Positions 29,771-39,834 of a stretch of 64,000 bases of DNA are shown here, one piece after another (positions within the stretch are counted from its first letter, which is position 1; each line of letters begins with the position of its first letter). A program made the position numbers and the translations under genes. The DNA comes from an uncultured delta proteobacterium. GTDB lineage: Bacteria; Desulfobacterota; Binatia; UBA9968. The notes beneath the pieces are model-generated. The model saw nothing but the letters and a program-made list of their open reading frames with translations, did not search any database and was not told the DNA's origin. The DNA lies in the NCBI GenBank assembly GCA_963840855.1, contig CAWJBB010000031.1, positions 13,753 through 77,752 on the forward strand, given 5' to 3'.

Positions 29771-30697
29771 ATGTTAGTCGTTCTTACCGGCGGCACGGGA
29801 GGCGCCAAGCTCATCGAAGGTCTCGCCGCGGAAATGGACCCTGCGCAGCTCACGGTCATCTGTAACACGGGGGACGACTCAGTGTTTCACGGCCTCTATG
29901 TTGCGCCGGATATCGACACCATCACATACACGCTGGGCGGATTGAACGACCGTGAAAAGGGCTGGGGCATTCAGGGCGACACGTTCACGGTGCTGGAACA
30001 GCTGCGGCGGCTGGGAAACGACGCCTGGTTCAATCTCGGCGATAAGGATTTCGCGACCCATATCACCCGCACTCGCCTCATGGCGGAGGGGTTGACGCTA
30101 TCCCAGGTGACGGAGCGCATTCGCGCAGCCCTCGGCGTTAAGGCGACTATCTTGCCCATGTCGAACGAGCGAATCGAAACTCGGGTCGTGACTCCCGAAG
30201 GCGAGATCTCTTTTCAGGAGTTCTTCGTGAAAGAACGCTGGTCGCGCGCTGTCAAGGCGGTTCATTTTGCCGGCGCCGAGCGCTGCGAACCGGCGCCGGG
30301 AGTGCTTAGTGCGATCCGCCAGTCGACCGCGGTTGTGATTGCGCCGAGCAATCCGATCACGAGCATCGGGCCGATCCTGGCCGTATCCGATATTCGCAAA
30401 GCGTTGCGCCATTCCGTCGTCACCGTAGTCGGTGTCAGTCCGATCATCGGCGGGGCCGCGATCAGTGGACCGGCGCACAAGCTCATGGCCGCCCAAGGCC
30501 TGGAGCCCACCGCGTTCGGCGTGGCCGATGGTTATCGCGATTTGCTGAACCGGTTCGTCATTGATAGCGAAGACCGTGGACTGCGGCACAGGATCGAGAG
30601 CTTGGGCATTCGCGTCGTCGAAACTTCCATCCGCATGACGTCCCTGTCCGACAAGCGGCGCCTGGCGCGTGAGGTTTTGGCGTTGATTGAAAAATAG
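29771..30697 (+). CDS. cofD: 2-phospho-L-lactate transferase CofD/FbiA
   Basis: LTGGTGGAK, NTGDD, PDIDT, WFNLGDKD, APSNPITSIGPIL. Confidence 0.95.
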   Translation: MLVVLTGGTGGAKLIEGLAAEMDPAQLTVICNTGDDSVFHGLYVAPDIDTITYTLGGLNDREKGWGIQGDTFTVLEQLRRLGNDAWFNLGDKDFATHITRTRLMAEGLTLSQVTERIRAALGVKATILPMSNERIETRVVTPEGEISFQEFFVKERWSRAVKAVHFAGAERCEPAPGVLSAIRQSTAVVIAPSNPITSIGPILAVSDIRKALRHSVVTVVGVSPIIGGAAISGPAHKLMAAQGLEPTAFGVADGYRDLLNRFVIDSEDRGLRHRIESLGIRVVETSIRMTSLSDKRRLAREVLALIEK

Positions 30698-30725
30698 TGC
30701 TACAGGAAATGCTTTCGGCACGGCA

Positions 30726-31415
30726 ATGAACGTAACCGCTCTTATCCCCGTCAAAGGGTTCCGCAACGCGAAGCAGCGCTTGAGCCCGCTGTTGGGCGCG
30801 GCGGAACGCGAAGTCTTGGCGGAAACCATGTTCCGCGACGTTCTGCGCGAGGTTCTACTGGCGCGCGGCTTGGCCGCGACGTTCGTCGTCACCGGCGATG
30901 ACAGGGCCGCTGAGATCGCGGCCTCGTGCAGAGCCGAGGTGATTCGCGAGCCCGCCGAAGGCGGCGAGACAGACGCCGTCAATTTCGCGCGCGCGGTATT
31001 GCAGCGGGCCGGGCGGGAAGCGGTCTTGATTCTGCCGGGCGACATGCCGCTGGTGCGCAGCGCGGATATAGAGCAGATGCTGGCGCAAGTTCCCGGCGCG
31101 GCGATCCCGCCTTTCGCGCTGTTGGTTCCGTCCCACGACTGGATGGGTACCAATGCTTTGCTGTTGGCGCCGCCGGAAATCATAAAATTGCGCTTCGGTT
31201 ACGACAGCTTCAACTTTCACATGAGCCAGGTCGCGGCGCGGGGGTTGCCGCTACGCTATATCGAAAACGAGCGCATCGCCTTGGACATCGACGAGCCGAA
31301 GGATCTGGAACGACTTCTGTCTTTCAACGATGACGCGGCAGAATCGACGCGCGTCGCCCGCGCTCTGATGGCGCAACATGAAGCGGAACGCACGCGGCGC
31401 TCCGGAGGACTATGA
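30726..31415 (+). CDS. cofC: Guanylyltransferase CofC/FbiD
   Basis: IPVKGFRNAKQRL, PGDMP, GTNALL, FGYDSF, LDIDEPKDL. Confidence 0.93.
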   Translation: MNVTALIPVKGFRNAKQRLSPLLGAAEREVLAETMFRDVLREVLLARGLAATFVVTGDDRAAEIAASCRAEVIREPAEGGETDAVNFARAVLQRAGREAVLILPGDMPLVRSADIEQMLAQVPGAAIPPFALLVPSHDWMGTNALLLAPPEIIKLRFGYDSFNFHMSQVAARGLPLRYIENERIALDIDEPKDLERLLSFNDDAAESTRVARALMAQHEAERTRRSGGL

Positions 31416-32161
31416 AGCGGCTCGAGCTGATCGGCCTGGAAGGCATTAGCGAGGTGGTCTCTGGCGACTCCGTCGGCCAATTGATATGCGCGGCCTGCGC
31501 CAGGGAAGGCGTTGCGCTTTCAGACGACGATGTTTTGGTGATCGCGCAAAAAATCGTCTCCAAAGCCGAAGGGCAATTGGTCGATCTCGCGCAGGTGCAG
31601 CCGTCGGCGCGCGCCGTAGAATTGGCTCGGCAATTGGATAAGGAGCCGGCGCTGGTGGAAGTGATTCTCAACGAAAGCCGGGGGATTGTCAGAAGCGGCG
31701 GCCGGGCGCTGGTGGTGGAGACGCATCATGGTTTTATCTGCGCCAACGCCGGCGTCGATCAATCAAATGTCGGCAAGAATCACGTGGCGCTCTTACCCAA
31801 AGACCCCGACGGTTCGGCGCGGCGCATTCGCGAGGAGATTCGTAAGCAGACCGGCAAGCAGCCCGCTGTCATTATCAGCGACAGTTTCGGCCGGCCCTGG
31901 CGGGTAGGGACGGTCGATATCGCCGTCGGCATTGCCGGCATGAAAGCGATCAAAGACGAACGCGGACTGCACGATCGCCACGGCTACCAGCTCAAGGCCG
32001 CCGTAGCGGCCATCGCCGACGAAATCGCGGCGGCGGCGGAATTGGTGATGGGCAAACGCGACGGCGTCCCCGTCGTCGTCGTTAGAGGATGTGAAACGGA
32101 AAAGGAGGCAGGAACGGCGAAAGATCTACTTCGGCCCATAGCCGAGGACCTCTTTCGCTAG
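31412..32161 (+). CDS. cofE: F420-0:gamma-glutamyl ligase CofE (no nitroreductase domain)
   Basis: AQKIVSKAEG, CANAGVDQSN, SDSFGRPWR, DEIAAAAELVMGK; 249 aa. Confidence 0.95.
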   Translation: MKRLELIGLEGISEVVSGDSVGQLICAACAREGVALSDDDVLVIAQKIVSKAEGQLVDLAQVQPSARAVELARQLDKEPALVEVILNESRGIVRSGGRALVVETHHGFICANAGVDQSNVGKNHVALLPKDPDGSARRIREEIRKQTGKQPAVIISDSFGRPWRVGTVDIAVGIAGMKAIKDERGLHDRHGYQLKAAVAAIADEIAAAAELVMGKRDGVPVVVVRGCETEKEAGTAKDLLRPIAEDLFR

Positions 32162-32174
32162 CTCGCAATGAGTT

Positions 32175-32837
32175 ATGGATGATCTGAATATAGCTATCGT
32201 GGGCGGCACTGGGAATCTTGGCAGCGCCCTGGCTCTGCGCCTCGGCGCGCCGGGGGTCAAAGTGATCATCGGCTCCCGCGACGCGCAAAAGGCGCAGACC
32301 GTTGTCGAGACGCTCAAACCGAAAATGCGCGCCGGCGAGCTGCAGGGAACAACCAATCAACAAGCGGTGCAAGACGCCAACTTCGTGGTGATCGCGGTTC
32401 CCTATGAAGGCCAAGCGCAAATGATCCAAGACCTGAAGGGACAGGTGGCGGGAAAGATCATCATCGATGCCGTCGTGCCGCTCAAGAAAGTTAAACCATT
32501 CGTGCCCCCGGCCGGGTCGGCGTTGCAGGAAGCGCAGCAGATTTTGGGCGACGAGGCGCCGGTGATCGGCGCCCTGCATAACATTTCAGCCGTCGATCTT
32601 GGCGACGTCGAGTCGTCCCTGGGCGATGTTCTCGTCTGCGGCGACGACGCGGACGCCAAGCAGAAAGTCATGGACATTATTCGCCGTATCGGCGCGCGCG
32701 CCTTTGACGGCGGCCCGGCGTCCAACGCCTACGTCATCGAGGGGATCACCGGCGTCATCATTTATTTGAACCGTAAGTACAAGTCGAAGCATGGCAGCAT
32801 CAAGATCACAGGAATCGACGAAACGATCGCGCGTTAG
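32175..32837 (+). CDS. npdG: NADPH-dependent F420 reductase (F420H2:NADP+ oxidoreductase)
   Basis: GGTGNLG, GSRD, AVP, VLVCGDD, LNRKYK. Confidence 0.92.
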   Translation: MDDLNIAIVGGTGNLGSALALRLGAPGVKVIIGSRDAQKAQTVVETLKPKMRAGELQGTTNQQAVQDANFVVIAVPYEGQAQMIQDLKGQVAGKIIIDAVVPLKKVKPFVPPAGSALQEAQQILGDEAPVIGALHNISAVDLGDVESSLGDVLVCGDDADAKQKVMDIIRRIGARAFDGGPASNAYVIEGITGVIIYLNRKYKSKHGSIKITGIDETIAR

Positions 32838-33137
32838 AGAACATCGCAGAGCTATGTGTATAAGCGCCTGAAAATTCTCTCGTGGAAGGCTGCATGACCT
32901 GTGCAGTGCTCAGGTGCATCAACCTTCCGAAATAGGCCATTCCTCGGGCTTCCGGCCAGCATGCCAAACCTAGTCTAACTGACTGATTTTTCATTGTTTC
33001 TTCTGAAATAGCCAAATGACTTGCGATGCCCTCTACCCGGGCTCGCCCGCAAGTTAACCTTTTCCATTTTTTATCGTCTAACGTGGTATAGACCGAGCCC
33101 AATGAGTGCTTGAAAGCAGGGTAGGCCCATCGACGCA

Positions 33138-33722
33138 TTGACAAATAACCCGCTCCCAGAGGATCTTCCTGATGAGGAGATTGTGGCTTTTTGCCAGCGC
33201 GGGGAGACGAAATATTTCGAGATTCTGGTGCGGCGCTATATGGAAAAGGCATTTCACATCGCCTTGAATTTCACGCGCAACACGGAGGAAGCTAAGGACC
33301 TCTCCCAGGACGCCTTTCTGCGGGCTTTCACGCGCATAAAACAGTTCGATGGCAGATCGAGTTTTTATACCTGGTTTTACCGATTGGTCGTGAATATTTG
33401 CTTAGACTTCACGCGCCGAAAGAATAAGATAGGTTGGGAATCGCTCGAAGCCACGAGCGAAGGCGCGCCGGAACGCGCCGAGCTGACCGATGTATCGTCG
33501 CTGCCGGAGGACGTGACGATGGCCCGAGAAGCCAAACGCCGCGCCGACCGGACTCTGGAAACCATGCCGAACAAACAGCGCACGGCTTTTCTACTGCGGA
33601 ATCATCAAGGACTCTCGATCGCCGATATCGCGAAGGTGATGAAAACCACAGAAGCTACGGTGCGCGTTTATTTGCACCGCGCCGTATCGGCGCTCAGGCA
33701 GAGCTTGTTGGAATTTGTTTAA
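33138..33722 (+). CDS. ECF sigma factor
   Basis: DLSQDAFLRA, FYTWFYRLVVN, region-4 HTH. Confidence 0.92.
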   Translation: MTNNPLPEDLPDEEIVAFCQRGETKYFEILVRRYMEKAFHIALNFTRNTEEAKDLSQDAFLRAFTRIKQFDGRSSFYTWFYRLVVNICLDFTRRKNKIGWESLEATSEGAPERAELTDVSSLPEDVTMAREAKRRADRTLETMPNKQRTAFLLRNHQGLSIADIAKVMKTTEATVRVYLHRAVSALRQSLLEFV

Positions 33723-33733
33723 GGGGAATCGTC

Positions 33734-34273
33734 ATGAGTGAACGTCGTAGCGCATTGGAAAACGCCTGCGCAGAGTTTGAAGCGGACCTGGTGCTGTATT
33801 ATTACGGCGAGGGCCAGGACGCCGAACGGCGCCGGGTTGCGAGCCATCTTGAAACCTGCCAGCGTTGTGTCCGCTTCATGGATGACTTGAACGGTTTACT
33901 GCCACAGATGTCGAAAACGACTGAGTTGCCACAAAATTTTTGGGATAACTATTATCGTGAAGTGGTCCACAAGCTGAACCAGGAGCGTGAAGGGATATCT
34001 TGGTGGCGCAGCTTGATTCCGTCTTTCGGTGGTTGGACGATACCCGCGTTTGGCACTGCCGTCGTGGTCGTGCTCGCAGTGGCCCTGGTTTTTGGCAAAG
34101 GCGATTGGAGTGTGCGCTCGAATGCAATCCAGCAGGAGAACATCCCCCAGGAAATATTGTCCGACTCCGGCCGCTTGGAATTCTTCAATTCCCTGGACAT
34201 GTTAGAGTCCTTGCCGGCGCTGGAAAACATGGACGGATCGAAGCGGGAGTCAGTTGAGGTTCGTAGTCTTTAG
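33734..34273 (+). CDS. Zinc-finger (ZAS) transmembrane anti-sigma factor
   Basis: HLETCQRC motif plus single TM; directly after the ECF gene. Confidence 0.85.
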   Translation: MSERRSALENACAEFEADLVLYYYGEGQDAERRRVASHLETCQRCVRFMDDLNGLLPQMSKTTELPQNFWDNYYREVVHKLNQEREGISWWRSLIPSFGGWTIPAFGTAVVVVLAVALVFGKGDWSVRSNAIQQENIPQEILSDSGRLEFFNSLDMLESLPALENMDGSKRESVEVRSL

Positions 34274-34313
34274 GAACTAATCTAAAATAACGACTCGTTC
34301 ACGAACAGCAATC

Positions 34314-34616
34314 ATGAAGCCGGATAGAAACATAGCGATTAGGATCTTAAAAAAGGCCTGCGCGGCTTTGGCCCTCGGCCTTTTACTTCTGCAGCCCCTT
34401 TCCGGCTGGGCCCTCGACGGCGGAGACAACTGGCGAAACTTGAGCCCTAAGGAACGCGAGAACATCCAGAAAAACTATCGGCGCTGGCAGAATCTGCCGC
34501 CGCAAGATAAAGAGCACCTGCGCGAGGAGTGGGACCGGTGGCAAAACCTGCCGAAGGATCGCCGCGACCAGCTAAAAAATCGCTACAATGATTTGCGCCG
34601 GCGCCGCCAGCAATGA
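34314..34616 (+). CDS. DUF3106-like periplasmic helical protein
   Basis: Signal peptide; repeated WxNLxP(E/Q)xRE units. Confidence 0.8.
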   Translation: MKPDRNIAIRILKKACAALALGLLLLQPLSGWALDGGDNWRNLSPKERENIQKNYRRWQNLPPQDKEHLREEWDRWQNLPKDRRDQLKNRYNDLRRRRQQ

Positions 34617-34920
34617 TTGAATCCGTCGCTCGCGAGCGAGGCGCGGCGATCGCAAATCAGCTGCTTCGCTTGATTCTGAATTAAAACGCTTTCGTCTTTC
34701 GATCCACCGCCGAAGCACTGCCTTTCCGTCTTGGATGTTCTTTTAGTTTCACGCCTCCCAGAATTTTCCATATCTCGCTCATTCATCACGCCTTACTCCA
34801 ACATCGGGATTGAGAAGCTCGCGGCCCGTCGCGGCATGATTGCGACCGGGTAACCAAAGTCATCCCAAATTAACAACTGTTGTCGCACCGCGTCTAACCG
34901 AATTAGAAAGGAGACCCAAA

Positions 34921-35280
34921 ATGAAAATCGCGGTTCCAGCACTTGTGTTAGCAGCGCTACTATTTCCCGCCGCGAGCTTCGCCCGTGACGACTACCGTGG
35001 GCCTGCGAGGCAGAGTTCTGCCCAGGAAAACTTCGTGCGCCAGCATCCGCGCAGTCCGAGCTCATATTGTCATAGACACCAGGTCCGTTTGCATCCGGAC
35101 GATAAGCGACGCCATTGCCACAACTGGGACAAGGAATCCTGGCGGCGGGAGTATTTTGCGTTGGGAAACGGATCCGACGATTGGCGCCGCGATGACCGCC
35201 GAGACCGACCATGGGAAAGGGATCGATATGACGCCGGACGCTATCGGCGTAGCGGTTGGTGGGGACCCGGCTTGGATTAA
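34921..35280 (+). CDS. Small secreted Arg/Asp-rich protein
   Basis: AAAGGAG SD; signal MKIAVPALVLAALLFPAASFA; YCHRH...HCH. Confidence 0.7.
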   Translation: MKIAVPALVLAALLFPAASFARDDYRGPARQSSAQENFVRQHPRSPSSYCHRHQVRLHPDDKRRHCHNWDKESWRREYFALGNGSDDWRRDDRRDRPWERDRYDAGRYRRSGWWGPGLD

Positions 35281-35328
35281 GCGCCAATGGGCGAGTCTTG
35301 AACTCGATTCATTCCAAAGTAGATGTCC

Positions 35329-35496
35329 ATGAAGACTTTAGCGATAGGAATGTTATTTGTGGCGGCCCTAGTTTCGGTGCACGGATGTCACTGGCGCCAC
35401 CGGCGCGATTATCGTGATTACAGCTACAACAGTTACCATAACGGCGATCATTACGTTCGCAACCAGCAGGCCTCGGTCGTGGACCGAGATTCCTAG
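35329..35496 (+). CDS. Small lipoprotein (55 aa)
   Basis: Hand translation MKTLAIGMLFVAALVSVHGCHWRHRRDYRDY...; lipobox-like VHGC. Confidence 0.6.
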   Translation: MKTLAIGMLFVAALVSVHGCHWRHRRDYRDYSYNSYHNGDHYVRNQQASVVDRDS

Positions 35497-35764
35497 AGCG
35501 GTCATTTTACGTCGGTTTCAAACTTCAACGTCGCGGTTCGCGGCTTGGCTAACAGAACGTGGTAAAATCCTCTCGTAGCATGAACAATGCAGCCAAGTCG
35601 GCGAGCCGCGCTCACATGGCATAGTAAGCAGCGCAGTTATCCCAGAGAATTTTTCGTTTGTCGACTTCGTTGATCGGTAACTTGAGAAAGTGATTCACGG
35701 CCTCGGGATACTTGGAGTCGCCGTGGGGATAATCAGTCTGGGCGTAAATCCTGCGCAGCATCAG

Positions 35765-35920
35765 CCAGTCATATGCTTCGTCATCGTTTTTCCTTTCCGC
35801 GCGGTGGTGCGATCACAGTCCGCCAAGAGCTCCTCCTGGCTATGCTCCGCGCACCCTGCGGAAGCACTCGCGCAGCTCCTGTGTGAAAAGAGCCGGCTGC
35901 TCGAAGGCGGCGACGTGGTC
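35765..35920 (-). pseudogene. Remnants: epoxide-hydrolase C-terminus and the first codons of a second DUF899 gene
   Basis: HVAAFEQPALFTQELRECFRRVRGA* followed by SD and MTKHMTG*. Confidence 0.5.
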
Positions 35921-35928
35921 GTCCTTCT

Positions 35929-36732
35929 TTAGCTCGTTTTCGCCTCTGCATCGCGCTTTCGAAAGGCGGCTTCTCCAGCGTCGGACACCTCGACCCACTT
36001 CGGGTCAGGCGAGGCCTCGGCATCGTAGTTGTCGTGCCAGTTCCACCACTTGTATGGTGGGGTCTGCGGGTAGCCCTCCGGCGAGTCCTCCCACTCCTCC
36101 TGGCGCCCCAGCGCAGTGATGTCGAGATAGTTCCAGGTGCTCCCCATCTGCTCGTCGCCGCGGTTGTTGATGAAGTAGGTGCGGAACACCTTGTCGCCAT
36201 CGCGGATGAAGGCGTTCGTGCCGTGCCACTCGTCCACGCCGAAGTCGGTGTCGAAACTGTCCCTGATGGTGTACCACGGCATCGTCCAGCCCATTCGTGC
36301 CTTCAGGCGCTCGATGTCCGTCTGCGCCGCGCGCGAGGCGAACGCGAGCGTGGTATCGCGCGCGTTCAGATGGGCTACGTGGGCGACCTGGTCAGCCACG
36401 AAGGAGCAGCCGCGGCAGGCATGTTCGGGCCAGCCGAACACCCCGGGCTCGAAGAAGGCGCGATAGATGATCAACTGCCTGCGGCCCTCGAACAGGTCGA
36501 GCAGGCTAACCTTACCCTTGGGCCCGTCGAACTCGTACTTCTTCTCCACCGCCATCCACGGCATCCGTCGACGCTCGGCTGCCAGCGCATCACGGGAGCG
36601 GGTCAAGGCCTTCTCCTTCACGAGGAGCTGCTGGCGCGCAGTCTCCCACTCCTGCTGCGACACGATCGGGGGTGTCTTAATCGCGAGATGTCCTTTCGGG
36701 TGCTCCTTGTCTCTCTCTTTGCTTGTTGCCAT
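35929..36732 (-). CDS. DUF899 thioredoxin-like protein
   Basis: EWETARQQLLVKEK, LAAERRRMPW, CRGC, LDITALGRQE. Confidence 0.9.
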   Translation of the reverse strand: MATSKERDKEHPKGHLAIKTPPIVSQQEWETARQQLLVKEKALTRSRDALAAERRRMPWMAVEKKYEFDGPKGKVSLLDLFEGRRQLIIYRAFFEPGVFGWPEHACRGCSFVADQVAHVAHLNARDTTLAFASRAAQTDIERLKARMGWTMPWYTIRDSFDTDFGVDEWHGTNAFIRDGDKVFRTYFINNRGDEQMGSTWNYLDITALGRQEEWEDSPEGYPQTPPYKWWNWHDNYDAEASPDPKWVEVSDAGEAAFRKRDAEAKTS

Positions 36733-36908
36733 CTTATTTCTCCTTTGTTTTCTGAAACAGACCGAGACGATTCGCTCTGAAAAATCTTCTGAACTTGCCG
36801 ATGCACACCGCCAGAATCCCTCCCGTGGATCCGGCTCCGGCGACCATTACTGCTGTGGATCGCCCGCCCGTGCGATGCTAGATCTATCTCATGACTAGCA
36901 CCGAGCGC

Positions 36909-36937
36909 GGGAGTTACAATGAGGGTGGGAGTTACAA
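36909..36937 (+). promoter_or_regulatory. Direct repeat GGGAGTTACAA x2, candidate operator
   Basis: Exact 11-mers at 36909 and 36927, between divergent DUF899 and HTH genes. Confidence 0.45.
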
Positions 36938-36953
36938 ATATGACGGGATTCCG

Positions 36954-38174
36954 ATGGACCCGCTTATCACTACCGCGGCGCGCGCGCTGGCGGCGGGCGA
37001 TCCCCTCGGCGCGTTGAAGCGGGTCGCCCTGCGCGACGACACGCCCGCGCTCGCGCTTCGAGGCATCGCGATGGCGCAGCTCGGCGATCTCGTTCGAGCG
37101 AAGGCGCTCCTGCGACGTGCTGCGCGCGCCTTCGGTCCGAAAGAGGCCGTGGCCCGCGCGAGGTGCGTCGTCGCCGAAGCCGAGATCGCGCTCGTCTCGC
37201 GCGACCTCGGCTGGCCTGCGAAGGCGCTCGACACGGCGCGGGCGACCCTCGAAGCGCACGCCGACCGGGCGAACGCCGCGCACGCGCGGTATCTCGAGGT
37301 CCGGCGCCTGCTCCTGATCGGGCGCATCGACGAAGCCGAGCGCACGCTCGCCAAGCTCGACCCCGCGCTGCTCCCTGCCGCGTCCAGGACCGCCCACGAG
37401 CTGGCGGTCGCAGGGATCGCGATTCGACGCCTCAGGACGAAGGCGGCGCGCGCTGCGCTCGCTCGGGCCAAACGCGCCGCGCGCCACGCGCGCATCCCTG
37501 CACTGACGGCGGAAGTCGAAAGCGCATCCCGCGTGCTGAACACGCCCGCGGCACGCCTGATTACGAAGGGAAATGAGCGACTTCTCCTGCTCGAGGAGGT
37601 CGAAGCGTTGCTGGCATCGAAAGCATTCGTCGTGGACGCGTGCCGTCATGTCGTGCGTGAGGCACGCACCTTGGTCTCGCTCGCAAGGCGTCCGGTGTTG
37701 TTCGCGCTCGTACGCGCGCTGGGCGAATCGTGGCCCGGAGACATGCCGAGGGACATGCTCATCGCGCGGGCATTCGGAGCAAAGCGCGCCAATGAATCGC
37801 ATCGCGTGCGGTTGCGGGTCGAAGTCGGGCGGCTTCGCGCGGCGCTGCGGAAGCTCGCCGGCGTGAGCGCGACGCAGCGGGGTTTCGCGCTGGCACCGCG
37901 CCGCGCACGCGACGTGGTCGTGCTGGCCCCGCCCGTCGAAGAGGAGCATGCGCGGGTGCTCGCATTCCTCGCCGACGAGGAATCGTGGTCGAGCTCGGCC
38001 CTTGCGCTGGCGCTGGCAACGAGCCAGCGCACCGTGCAGCGTGCGCTCGACTCGCTTGAGGCAGCAGGCAAGGTGCAGTCGTTCGGTCGCGGACGAGCTC
38101 GTCGTTGGATGACCCCACCCATGCCGGGATTCACGACGACATTGTTACTCCCCGCTCCACTGCCGAGCGACTAG
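36954..38174 (+). CDS. TPR-like/winged-HTH regulator typical of DUF899 clusters
   Basis: MDPLITTAARALAAGDPLGALKRVALR; C-terminal WSSSALALAL..SQRTVQRAL HTH. Confidence 0.85.
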   Translation: MDPLITTAARALAAGDPLGALKRVALRDDTPALALRGIAMAQLGDLVRAKALLRRAARAFGPKEAVARARCVVAEAEIALVSRDLGWPAKALDTARATLEAHADRANAAHARYLEVRRLLLIGRIDEAERTLAKLDPALLPAASRTAHELAVAGIAIRRLRTKAARAALARAKRAARHARIPALTAEVESASRVLNTPAARLITKGNERLLLLEEVEALLASKAFVVDACRHVVREARTLVSLARRPVLFALVRALGESWPGDMPRDMLIARAFGAKRANESHRVRLRVEVGRLRAALRKLAGVSATQRGFALAPRRARDVVVLAPPVEEEHARVLAFLADEESWSSSALALALATSQRTVQRALDSLEAAGKVQSFGRGRARRWMTPPMPGFTTTLLLPAPLPSD

Positions 38175-38182
38175 GATGGAAC

Positions 38183-38896
38183 ATGAGTCAATCAGCGGCC
38201 GAAATCGTTCGTGAGTATGGACCTTTTCCGGGTGTCGACCAGGTGCATGGAGTCACCTATGACGGCCAGCACGTCTGGTTTGCCGCTGGAGACCGGCTGA
38301 ACGCCTTCGATCCTGCGACCGGGAAGACGCTGCGCTCGATCGCTGTCGCCGCGAATGCAGGAACGGCCTTCGACGGCCGGCACCTGTACCAGCTCGCCGG
38401 AGATCGCATCCAGAAGATCGACCCGAAGACCGGCCGAGTGCTCGCCACGATCCCGGCGCCCGGTGGCGGCAGTGACTCGGGGCTCACGTGGGCCGAAGGG
38501 ACGCTCTGGGTGGGGCAGTATCGCGACCGGAAGATCTATCAAATCGATCCCGAGACAGGGGCGATTCTTCGCACGATCGAGTCCAATCGCTTCGTTACCG
38601 GGGTCACCTGGATCGACGGAGAGCTGTGGCACGGCACCTGGGAAGGTGACCAGAGCGATTTGCGGCGAGTCGATCCGCGAACGGGAGAGGTTCTGGAGAG
38701 GGTCGAGATGCTGCCCGGAGTGGCCATTTCGGGGCTCGAGTCCGATGGCCGCGATCTTTTCTTCTGCGGAGGGGGAAGTAGCGGCAAGGTGAGGACCGTC
38801 CGCCGGCCCAAACGAGGCTCCGCGACGAGCAGCAGTTCCAAGATTCCCGTCGACCCCACGAGGAAGCGCACATCATCCTCGAAAAAAAACAATTGA
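38183..38896 (+). CDS. Glutaminyl cyclotransferase-like beta-propeller protein
   Basis: Repeated GVTYDG/GTAFDG/GLTWAEG/IDPxTG blades. Confidence 0.8.
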   Translation: MSQSAAEIVREYGPFPGVDQVHGVTYDGQHVWFAAGDRLNAFDPATGKTLRSIAVAANAGTAFDGRHLYQLAGDRIQKIDPKTGRVLATIPAPGGGSDSGLTWAEGTLWVGQYRDRKIYQIDPETGAILRTIESNRFVTGVTWIDGELWHGTWEGDQSDLRRVDPRTGEVLERVEMLPGVAISGLESDGRDLFFCGGGSSGKVRTVRRPKRGSATSSSSKIPVDPTRKRTSSSKKNN

Positions 38897-39003
38897 GTCT
38901 TTAGTTGTCACCATGACACCATTGTAATCGAAAATAAGTCAACAACGATCTTATCAATCTAGCTGAATAACTTTCGATCGGCCCGCGGCGCCCTCTTCGG
39001 CGG

Positions 39004-39834
39004 TCATCTGTCTCCTGCTTCCTCAGCCGATGGAGCGGCGGCCGATGGACCTTCGCGCACGGCGTAGGTTACCACGGGCTCAGCGATCCCTTTTACGAAT
39101 TCGGCGGGCATGGGCACGAGCACGAAGCGCGCGTCGAGCTCGGCGCTTAGCGCCTCCGTCACGAGGATGTCCGCCTGATGGATTCGCGTGAGCGTCTGCA
39201 CGCGCGCGGCCACGTTCACGGTGCGTCCGACGAAGTCATACTCCATGCGCTCGCGCGAGCCCACCAGGCCGACCAGCCCCAAACCGCGGTCGATGCCGAT
39301 TCCCAGAGCAAGCAACGGCAGCCCCTCCCGCCCTAGCTCGACATTGTATTCGCGGATGGCCGCACGCATCGCGAGGGCGGCGCGCACGGCATCGTTGCAC
39401 TGCCACGGATTGGGTTGCAGCGCGCCGAAATAGGCGACGATGCCGTCACCCAGGAAGTGGGCGACATGCCCGCGGTGCTCGTGGATGGCATCGCTCATGC
39501 GCTGAAAGTAGCCGTTGAGCACACGCGCCAGAACGGCCGGCTCGAGCCGGTCGCTCATCGCGGTCGAACCGACGAGATCGGCGAACAGAACGGTCACCAC
39601 TTTGCGCTCGGGGGCCGCCGCCTCGATCCCCGACTTCACGCCGTCGGCGATGAGGTGCTGCAGCACACCGGCTGGAACCAGCCGCGAGCAGGATTGCTGG
39701 AGATGCTGGAGGTCAGCGGCGATCGCTTCGAGCTGGGCCTTCAGCGTCTGGTTCTGCCGCCATTGGCGATAGATTGCGACGGCGAGTCCCGCCAGGAGCA
39801 CCAGCAGAGCAACTACGCCGAGGGGTCCGGTCAT
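39004..39834 (-). CDS. Membrane-anchored class III adenylate/guanylate cyclase
   Basis: N-terminal TM plus coiled coil; LFADLVGST, FLGDG, VNVAARVQ. Confidence 0.9.
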   Translation of the reverse strand: MTGPLGVVALLVLLAGLAVAIYRQWRQNQTLKAQLEAIAADLQHLQQSCSRLVPAGVLQHLIADGVKSGIEAAAPERKVVTVLFADLVGSTAMSDRLEPAVLARVLNGYFQRMSDAIHEHRGHVAHFLGDGIVAYFGALQPNPWQCNDAVRAALAMRAAIREYNVELGREGLPLLALGIGIDRGLGLVGLVGSRERMEYDFVGRTVNVAARVQTLTRIHQADILVTEALSAELDARFVLVPMPAEFVKGIAEPVVTYAVREGPSAAAPSAEEAGDR

